Source of the DNA: an uncultured Acidobacteriota bacterium
GTDB taxonomy: Bacteria; Acidobacteriota; JAQAZP01
NCBI GenBank assembly: GCA_963836075.1
Contig: CAWIIB010000009.1
Coordinates: 1,824,001 to 1,888,000 of the forward strand
DNA length: 64,000 nucleotides
Direction: 5' to 3'
This document shows positions 57,030 through 64,000 of the stretch, one piece after another; the first letter of the stretch is position 1; each line of letters starts with the position of its first letter. Position numbers and translations under genes: made by a program. The notes under the pieces are model-generated. The model ran no database searches. It worked only from the letters and a program-made list of their open reading frames with translations, and was not told where the DNA came from.

Positions 57030-58350
57030 GCAGCGGGAGCGGATCCTGGTGGTGGACGACTCCGACCAGACCCTCGAGGTTTTGCAGCGCAACCTGAGCG
57101 GTGAGGGGTACCGGGTGTTGACCGCCGGGGGGGTGGAGGCGGCTATCGGGATCCTGGGGGACACGGCGGTGGATCTGGTGCTCACCGATCTCAAGATGCC
57201 GGGGATCAGCGGTATGGAACTGGTACGCCACGTGCGCGAGAATCTGCCGGACACCGAGGTGATGATGATCACCGGTTTCGCCACGGTCAACGGCGCCGTG
57301 GAGGCGGTGAAGTCCGGAGCGGAAGAATACCTGGGCAAGCCGTTCACCGACGAGGAGCTGTCCGGTGCGGTGCGGCGGGTGCTGGACAAGCTGCACCGCC
57401 GGCGAATTGCCGCTCCCGGAACGGTGGATGACACCGTGGCGATGTACGGGCTGATCGGCGGCTCCAGCGCCATGGGCAAGGTGTTCGGCGCCATCGACAA
57501 GGCGGCCACCACTGCGGCCACGGTCCTGATCACCGGTGAGAGCGGCACCGGCAAGGAACTGGTGGCCCGGGCCATCCACTACCGGAGCCGCAGGGCCGCC
57601 GCCCCCTTCGTCCCGATCAACTGCGGAGCCATCCCCGACACGCTGTTCGAGAGCGAGCTTTTCGGCCACGTCAAGGGCGCGTTCACCGGGGCGAACGAAT
57701 CCCGGGCCGGGTTTTTCCAGACCGCCGACGGCGGCAGCATCTTTCTCGACGAGATCGGGGAAACCGGCCTGTCAATGCAGGTCAAACTGCTCCGGGTGCT
57801 GCAGGACCGGGAGGTCTGCATGGTGGGCGCCACCCGCTCGCGGAAGATCGATGTGCGGATCCTGGCGGCATCCAACAAGAGCCTGGCCGGCCTGGTGAAG
57901 AAGGATGCCTTTCGCGAGGACCTCTTCTTCCGCATCTCGGTGATCGAAATCGAAGTGCCGCCGCTGCGGGACCGCGGCGACGATATCCTGGTTCTGGCCA
58001 ATCACTTTCTCGACAAGCATGCCGGTGAAGCGGAGCGGGCCGTGCCCCGCTTTTCTGACGACGCGCTGCAGCTGCTGAACAGCTACCATTGGCCGGGCAA
58101 TGTGCGGGAGCTGGAGAACCTGGTGCAGCGGCTGGTGGTGATGGTGGACGGCCCGGCCATCGATGTCCCCGACCTGCCGTCTCACATGCGGTTCTCGGTG
58201 GGCCACCGCGCCGGGCTGGACCGCACCCTGGCCGAGGTGGAGGCCGAACATATCCGCAACGTGCTGGCCAGCGTGGACGGCAACAAGACCAGGTGTGCGG
58301 AGATCCTCGGCATCGACCGCAAGACGCTCCGCGAACGGCTGAAGCGTTAA
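57016..58350 (+). CDS. NtrC-family sigma54 response regulator
   Basis: ILVVDD, TDLKMPG, GESGTGKE, GAFTGA, WPGNVRELEN, HTH. Confidence 0.93.
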   Translation: MKTPEQRERILVVDDSDQTLEVLQRNLSGEGYRVLTAGGVEAAIGILGDTAVDLVLTDLKMPGISGMELVRHVRENLPDTEVMMITGFATVNGAVEAVKSGAEEYLGKPFTDEELSGAVRRVLDKLHRRRIAAPGTVDDTVAMYGLIGGSSAMGKVFGAIDKAATTAATVLITGESGTGKELVARAIHYRSRRAAAPFVPINCGAIPDTLFESELFGHVKGAFTGANESRAGFFQTADGGSIFLDEIGETGLSMQVKLLRVLQDREVCMVGATRSRKIDVRILAASNKSLAGLVKKDAFREDLFFRISVIEIEVPPLRDRGDDILVLANHFLDKHAGEAERAVPRFSDDALQLLNSYHWPGNVRELENLVQRLVVMVDGPAIDVPDLPSHMRFSVGHRAGLDRTLAEVEAEHIRNVLASVDGNKTRCAEILGIDRKTLRERLKR

Positions 58351-58358
58351 CCTGCCCG

Positions 58359-59222
58359 TCACTCCCCACTTCCGATGGCCGAAGAAAGAGCGGCCGTCGC
58401 GGCGTCGGTCTCACCAATCTGTTCTAGAATTCGCTCGACCACCTGGGCGAATGCGCGGCTTGCCTCCGACTTCGCCCCAACGAAACTGAGCGGTATCCCC
58501 TCATCGCCCGATCTGGAGATGTCGGGGTCCAGCGGTATGCGGCCGAGGAAGGGTACGCCCATATCCTCGGCCATGGCCTCTCCGCCGCCACTGCTGAAAA
58601 TGTCCACCACTTCACCGCAATTGGGACAGGTGAAGCCGCTCATGTTCTCGATGACTCCCAGGACATTGACCTTCATGGTTTTGCAGAAGGAGATCGACTT
58701 GCGGACGTCGAGAATGGCCAGGTCCTGGGGTGTGGTGACGATGACCGCGCCGGTAGCGTCCTCGATGAGTTGCGCCACCGCCAGCGGCTCATCCCCCGTG
58801 CCGGGCGGGCAGTCCACGATGAGATAATCGAGCGGCCCCCATTCCACATCGGCCAGGAATTGCCTGATCATTTTCATTTTTCGTGGTCCGCGCCAGATCA
58901 CCGCATCGTCCTTGCTGTGGAGCATGAACCCGATCGACATGACCTCCAGGCCCTCGAAGCCCGCGGGGAAAATCCTCCCCTTTCTCGATACCACCTGGTC
59001 GCCGTCGATATTGAGAAGTTTGGGTATGCTGGGTCCGTGAACGTCCACGTCCAAGAGTCCCACCTGCTGTCCAGCCCTGGAGAGGGATGCCGCAAGGTTG
59101 ACGGCCACGGTGCTTTTGCCAACCCCCCCCTTGCAGGAGAGGACAATGATCTTGTGCTTTATAGCACCGAGCTGACGTTGAAGCATCACCTGCTGTTCGT
59201 CCTGCTTTTCATGGTCGCTCAT
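58359..59222 (-). CDS. mrp: Mrp/NBP35 (ApbC) Fe-S carrier ATPase
   Basis: SCKGGVGKST, DVDVHGPSIP, VIWRGP, DCPPGTGDE, VTTPQ, ENMSGFTCPNC. Confidence 0.9.
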   Translation of the reverse strand: MSDHEKQDEQQVMLQRQLGAIKHKIIVLSCKGGVGKSTVAVNLAASLSRAGQQVGLLDVDVHGPSIPKLLNIDGDQVVSRKGRIFPAGFEGLEVMSIGFMLHSKDDAVIWRGPRKMKMIRQFLADVEWGPLDYLIVDCPPGTGDEPLAVAQLIEDATGAVIVTTPQDLAILDVRKSISFCKTMKVNVLGVIENMSGFTCPNCGEVVDIFSSGGGEAMAEDMGVPFLGRIPLDPDISRSGDEGIPLSFVGAKSEASRAFAQVVERILEQIGETDAATAALSSAIGSGE

Positions 59223-59424
59223 CGTTGATTCCTCCGGTTCAAGCGTCACAGCCACCGTCTGGTGTGCTGCTTGTATTCGAGATACCGTTTACCGAACTGC
59301 CTTTCCATGTCCCGTTCTTCAGGGATGATGAAGTGAGCCCAACGTTTCCACCTCGAGTTTCCGTCCCCTGAAGATCTGCAGTGCCCGGAAAATGGTGCTC
59401 TCACCAGAGGCACGGACCCATTTT

Positions 59425-59634
59425 TCAGCAGGCGGCCGCCCCCTCCCCCAGGCCGCCCAACAGTTCGGCGATATCCTCCACACCCACGGAGATGCGAATC
59501 AGCCCATCGGTGACCCCGCCCTTTTGCCGTTCCTCTGGACTCTTACAGGCATCGGTCATCGAAGCCGGGTGCTGGATCAAGCTGTCGATGCTTCCCAGAC
59601 TTACGGCAAAGGTGAAGAGCTTCACCGATCGCAT
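59425..59634 (-). pseudogene. 3' remnant of a methionine gamma-lyase / cystathionine gamma-synthase gene
   Basis: LFTFAVSLGSIDSLIQHPASMT...EERQKGGVTDGLIRISVGVED is only the last ~70 aa of the family. Confidence 0.75.
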
Positions 59635-59932
59635 GAGACGCTTTCCCGCCTCCAGTCCGATGAATCCCCGCCGACCAACTCACACTCCCATATCCAGTTC
59701 TGGATCACTTGAGTCAGCAAAGCCTGTGCCAGAAGGAGTGGGGGATTGCATTTCATTGAAATAATAAAGCTTATAGTGGTCCATAGGCTCATCTGGACCC
59801 CCGTTCGGTGAGAATTGATCGAGGAGGGTAGCGATATCGCAACTTCTGGTTGTCGAATCACTGCAGAGGTGCAACTCTCGGGTCGTTTCAGTCGGCAAGG
59901 GTGCAACAGCAGCATCATGTTCATGATATTCC

Positions 59933-59948
59933 TGGCATAGGCCTTGCT
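59933..59948 (+). promoter_or_regulatory. Sigma54 promoter
   Basis: TGGCAT-AGGCC-TTGCT, with palindrome GTAGCG-ATAT-CGCAAC about 100 bp upstream (59828-59843). Confidence 0.6.
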
Positions 59949-60160
59949 CCACCAGAATCCCGTATCAAGCAGTTGAATATCGGAGGGTGCCGAGGTGTTG
60001 CTAAAACAACCAGACAGACGTCCTCATCGGCCGAAGCCCCGACGGAATCGGGCCTCGACTACGCGTGGGAAGGCCGGCTCGAACGGAACCACATCCACTG
60101 GGAAGCCCATAGAATGAGTAAAACATATGCTGAATGGAGAGAATCAACGGAGGCCGGCAA

Positions 60161-60475
60161 ATGATCAACATTGACGAAATCATCGATGAGTTCAAACAGC
60201 GTGCGGTCATTCCAATCGAACGTGCCGAACTCCCGCGCCTGCTGGACCAGGCCCTAGTGGTCAAGGAGGTTGACACGCACATCAGCGGCTGGATCCGCAT
60301 CCTCGATCTTGATGGAATCATCATCCTGGAGGAGGAAACAACGGAAGGTGAAGTTTTGCTGAGGCGGTTCAAATCAGTTGAAATGGCCGCCTCACTCATC
60401 GAGGACCGGCTCGCCACCTATGAGCGGATGTGGGACGGTTGCGGCTGCAGGATCGACTATCACGCCAAAACATGA
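60161..60475 (+). CDS. Hypothetical protein ending in WDGCGC.IDY
   Basis: RBS GGAGG; 104 aa; RLATYERMWDGCGCRIDY. Confidence 0.65.
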   Translation: MINIDEIIDEFKQRAVIPIERAELPRLLDQALVVKEVDTHISGWIRILDLDGIIILEEETTEGEVLLRRFKSVEMAASLIEDRLATYERMWDGCGCRIDYHAKT

Positions 60476-60672
60476 TCCCCCAACCAGCCTTCAGTTGCAG
60501 GGCTAAATGCCGGCTAACCGGGCTTTTTGCATGCGACTCTGCGGTGTCCCCTTTTGTGAATTGTCGGAGGGAACACCACAGAGTTAGGACGGACGCAGCG
60601 GGAGGGAAACAAGACGGGAGCTACACTTGCATGATGTGGCGTGGTAACTCATGGTTGTAAAGGTTGCCTGGC

Positions 60673-60936
60673 ATGAACAACGATGGTGAAAAATCAGATC
60701 AGATTGCCGAACTTTCAAATCTGGACGTGGCGGAATCGCTGGACGAAGTGTCCGACCTGTTAGAGGAGCAAGGCGCGAATCCCTTTCGCGTCCGCGCATA
60801 CCGTCGGGCGGCAGCGACTGTGCGAGGCTTGTCCGCAAACCTCCTCAGCGACCTTCTCCGCTGGGCGCTTCATGCACCAACGCTGCTCCGTACGTCGAGC
60901 CGGTGGTCCCGGACGAGATTCAATGGCCGTGCTTAA
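60673..60936 (+). pseudogene. 5' remnant of a PolX-type helix-hairpin-helix gene
   Basis: NLDVAESLDEVSDLLEEQGANPFRVRAYRRAAATVRGL, after which similarity ends. Confidence 0.65.
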
Positions 60937-61264
60937 TCAGGGCAAAAACCTCAGTGGTGGGCCTGGGCAGTCCGGCGATCCTCCAGGCGACGACGGGGTC
61001 GGGGAACTGTTCGTAGGTGCAGTTCTTGCCCTGGCGGACGTTCTTGCACAGGGCGCGAAGGACCGGAAATGAGCTGAACTTCGTGAAGTAGTCTCTCATG
61101 AAGCTCAGGATTTCCAACTGCTCCAGAGTGAGCGGGCAATCCCGGACGACCCCCTCGTGCTTCGCCAGTGCGCAGGCGACCTCCACGTTCCAGTCATCCA
61201 TACGCTCCAGGTATCCCTCCTCGTCCACGTGGACGGTTTGGTCCCGGTACTCTATCTTCGCCAT
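60920..61264 (-). CDS. TusE/DsrC-family protein lacking the C-terminal cysteines
   Basis: VDEEGYLERMDDWN..VA..LA, FMRDYF, WRIAGLPRP followed by TTEVFALIKHGH. Confidence 0.8.
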   Translation of the reverse strand: MAKIEYRDQTVHVDEEGYLERMDDWNVEVACALAKHEGVVRDCPLTLEQLEILSFMRDYFTKFSSFPVLRALCKNVRQGKNCTYEQFPDPVVAWRIAGLPRPTTEVFALIKHGH

Positions 61265-61331
61265 GTCGCACCTCCCGAGCGCTCGTCCGTTTCCGCTCCT
61301 GGCCTTACCTCCTCGTGCGCTGGCGGTGCTC

Positions 61332-61703
61332 TCAAGTGCGCGTGAACGGGAGAACGCTGTAGTCCCAGCAGTTCTTGGCCAACAGGGCTTCTGTTCCGTC
61401 GAATTCCTTGTCGCACAGCCAAGGGCTTCCCTTGGAATCCATGACCACCTTCATGGGACGCGCTGCCCGGTGCCCGCCTTCGCATCCGTTACACGGGATC
61501 TCCACATAGGAGCAGGGGTCCCGAAAGCTGAACACCAAGTCTTCTTCGTCGACCAGTTCCTTGATGATCTCGTTGACCTCATTCGCGGACAGCCCGCTCT
61601 CTTTCGCGAGCTGTTGCGTGAGCTCGATTGGGCGCATGCGCTGGTTGCGAGCCGACCCGACCAACTCCATGATCCGCTCTCTGTGCATTCTGTGTTCGTT
61701 CAT
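61332..61703 (-). CDS. Hypothetical protein: winged-helix-like N-terminus plus Cys-containing C-terminal domain
   Basis: RBS GGGAGG; IIKELVDEEDLVFSFRDPCSYVEIPCNGC..RPMKVVMDSKGSPWLCDK..CW. Confidence 0.65.
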   Translation of the reverse strand: MNEHRMHRERIMELVGSARNQRMRPIELTQQLAKESGLSANEVNEIIKELVDEEDLVFSFRDPCSYVEIPCNGCEGGHRAARPMKVVMDSKGSPWLCDKEFDGTEALLAKNCWDYSVLPFTRT

Positions 61704-61770
61704 GACTAACCTCCCTGTTGCTGACCCACCGCCGACGACACTGTCGGCCATTCTTTCCTCCCTATCTCAT

Positions 61771-61786
61771 TGCATACTTCGTGCCG
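61771..61786 (-). promoter_or_regulatory. Sigma54 promoter
   Basis: Minus strand CGGCAC-GAAGT-ATGCA, with palindrome GTAGCG-TGTT-CGCTAC at 61906-61921. Confidence 0.6.
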
Positions 61787-62030
61787 CGGCAGCTCGATCG
61801 CCATAAGCAGCTCGTCCTGCTGAGATTCCACACTGTTGCCGGCAGCAAGCCCGGTTGCGGGGAGTGTTCGGGAGTAGCGTGGCGGCAGCGCTAGAACTTG
61901 GCACGGTAGCGTGTTCGCTACTCTGTGTTGCTGCCAGGCGGGTGCAGTCATCCACCGAGTTTTCATCGGCGTGGACAGCAGAGATCAGTATCAGAGGATC
62001 GATAAGTCATATCTGCATCAAAGGGGAAGC

Positions 62031-62891
62031 TTAACAACTGCCGTCCTGCCGCAGTATCACGGCCTTGCCCTTGGGACAACCGATATGATTTCCCACGAGA
62101 TCGCACTTGACAAGCAGCAAGTAAAAAACCTCTCGATCCGCCGTGCCGCTGAGAGACTCGAAATTCCCCATACCCTTTGCGATGACGAGGTCGGCCGAAC
62201 GGAAGGCGGTCCTGAATGTCTCGACGCAATCCTCCAACAGGATACCGGGTGCGTCCGAGCCGTTGTCGATAATCGTGGCAAGCTCGTGCAAGCCGGCTAT
62301 CCGAGCATCCTCGTCTGTGGCATCGTTGAGGACTGGGCCACCCCGCACCACGAAGGTCACCTCCTTTTCCGGTTCGAATTGCTCGATCAGGATGCGATCC
62401 ATGACGGTTTCGCCCGCATTGTCGCCAATGTATAAAATTGTATGCGCCTGAGATACCGCCTGTTTAAGCTCTTCAATGCAATCCACAGCTGGCTGTTCCG
62501 CCGTCACGCGCTCGATTGTTTCCATCAAGGAAAAGTCGTCGGCTGCCCCAAAATCGATGACATTCCCCGCGATAGAGATCAAGACAGCTGCGCGAAAGGA
62601 ATCCTTTGCCTCGAGCACGCTCTCTTTCAATCCTGGATAAAGTTCCAGGGCGCGCTTGTTATAGAGGCTTTTCATTTCCTTGTAGGGATCGGGATTGCCT
62701 GAGATCTGGCGAATCGCGCGATGGACTTTTTGCCCGAAGTAGGGGGGCGGCAACTCCATATCCTTTTCATCGAATGCTTTTCGCCCCCCTTCGACGATGG
62801 CTTTCCGGAGCTTCGGATCGTCGGTCAACCTTTTCGAAAGGGATTTCAGTCGCTTTTCGATGCATGGAATGCACTCGAGGTAAGTCCTCAT
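62031..62891 (-). CDS. DUF89/ARMT1-like damage-control phosphatase
   Basis: ECIPC, DPYKEMK..N, IAGNVIDFG, GDNAGE..D, PVLNDAT, AKGMGNFESL, VKC. Confidence 0.9.
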   Translation of the reverse strand: MRTYLECIPCIEKRLKSLSKRLTDDPKLRKAIVEGGRKAFDEKDMELPPPYFGQKVHRAIRQISGNPDPYKEMKSLYNKRALELYPGLKESVLEAKDSFRAAVLISIAGNVIDFGAADDFSLMETIERVTAEQPAVDCIEELKQAVSQAHTILYIGDNAGETVMDRILIEQFEPEKEVTFVVRGGPVLNDATDEDARIAGLHELATIIDNGSDAPGILLEDCVETFRTAFRSADLVIAKGMGNFESLSGTADREVFYLLLVKCDLVGNHIGCPKGKAVILRQDGSC

Positions 62892-63032
62892 CGGGTATCT
62901 CCAGTTAACCTGATCTGCACCTTGGTGCCTTTTATTTGTCAAAACGCCATCTCGTACAAGCCCGATCATAATTTGACCACTATTGAATGCCGCTTTCCAC
63001 GGAAAGATCGGCACCCATTGAGAGCTGGTTGA

Positions 63033-64000
63033 TTAGCTTAAGTACGCCTCCATACGATCAAAGGCCCTGTTTATCATCTTCTCAGGTACGCAAAACGACA
63101 TTCGCAAATGCCCCTCGCCCGACGGCCCAAAATCGACTCCGGGCGTCGTGGACACCTTTGCTTCTCTGAGGAGTTTCTTGCAGAAGGATTCCGAGTCGGT
63201 TCCTTCCTTCAGTAGTATTTTGGGAAACATGAGATAGGAACCGCCAGGCTTTTGGTATTCAAATACATGACTGAGTTTATCGAGACGTGAACACATCAAA
63301 TCCCTGGCCGACTCGTATTTCCTCTGAAACTCTTCGATACAATCCTGCGGCCCTTTCAATGCGGCCAGCGCCGCGTATTGGGAGGCCACCGGGGCGCAGA
63401 TCGCAAAGGGGATATGGGCCTTTGCGATCTGGGGAATTAGATCCTTATCGGCATGCAGGTAGCCGATTCTCCATCCGGTCATGGCATATGTCTTTGTGAA
63501 AGTGTAGCAACTGATCGCGTTTCCTTTCATTTCCGAAATCGACGCAATGGAGAAATGCTTGTTGCCATCGAAGGTGAAGTACTCATAAGCTTCATCGGTG
63601 ATGACCACCAAGTTGTGCTTCAATGCGATTTCAGCAATATGGCGAAGCTGCCGCTCGGAAAAAACGGTGCCGGTCGGGTTGTTCGGGCTGCAGGTACAGA
63701 ATCGCCCTGGTCCTGGATGTTATGGCTTTTTCCATAGCATTGACATCGATAGCAAAGCCGTCCTCCTCGATCAGCGGAACAAAAACCGGCCTCCCTGATG
63801 CCAGAATAACTTGATTGACATGTGTGGAATAAGTGGGCGAAGGGAGAATGACCTCATCTTCCGGGTCGATGACGGCCATTACCGCTGCCGCCAGCCCTTC
63901 GATGGCTCCCACGGTGACGATGATTTCCGAGGGATTGGTAGTGATGTTGTTATCCCTTTCCAGCTTTTTAGCGATTTCGTTTCGCAACGGCACGAGTCCC
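63033..64000 (-). CDS. Class I/II PLP-dependent aminotransferase (5' end outside the window; +1 frameshift near 63693)
   Basis: IIVTVGAIEG, (C)SPNNPTG after correction, DEAYE, FTKTYAMTGWRIG, GHLRMSF. Confidence 0.9.

Noticed and set aside
61898-61915. TGGCAC as a plus-strand sigma54 promoter
   Set aside because: There is no GC at the -12 position.

Overview
This is a GC-rich bacterial window, apparently from an anaerobe. It carries many isolated single-base indels that look like long-read consensus errors, densest at 1-1850. No rRNA, tRNA, CRISPR array or intact transposase is visible. Main blocks: (1) 3.6-17.5 kb: a TetR repressor with a PaaR-type operator, a radical SAM/SPASM gene, a complete class II (tungsten) benzoyl-CoA reductase cluster bamBCDEFGHI with two in-frame UGA (selenocysteine) codons followed by SECIS-like hairpins, and fdhD. 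(2) 17.7-24.4 kb: an RND efflux pair, a lipoprotein and an MscS-cNMP channel. (3) 24.4-25.4 kb: three tandem paralogous ~90-aa peptides with a RiPP-like leader; two are hidden by +1 indels and no maturase is adjacent. (4) A 2-kaa secreted S8 protease with Cys/Asp repeats. (5) 35.9-46.7 kb: a B12-photoreceptor (CarH/LitR) island with photolyase, fasciclin, SRPBCC, DUF523/1722, a CbiX-NUDIX fusion and a duplicated DUF4397 + 57-aa microprotein unit; its promoters share 11-bp-spaced TnGACA repeats. (6) 46.8-62 kb: a sigma54-controlled redox region with an Hmc/Tmc-like complex whose NrfD subunit is fused to a hexaheme cytochrome, an OrpR-like PAS activator, a two-component system, Mrp and a Cys-less TusE/DsrC. 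All family assignments come from motif recognition and recalled sequences; no database search was run.
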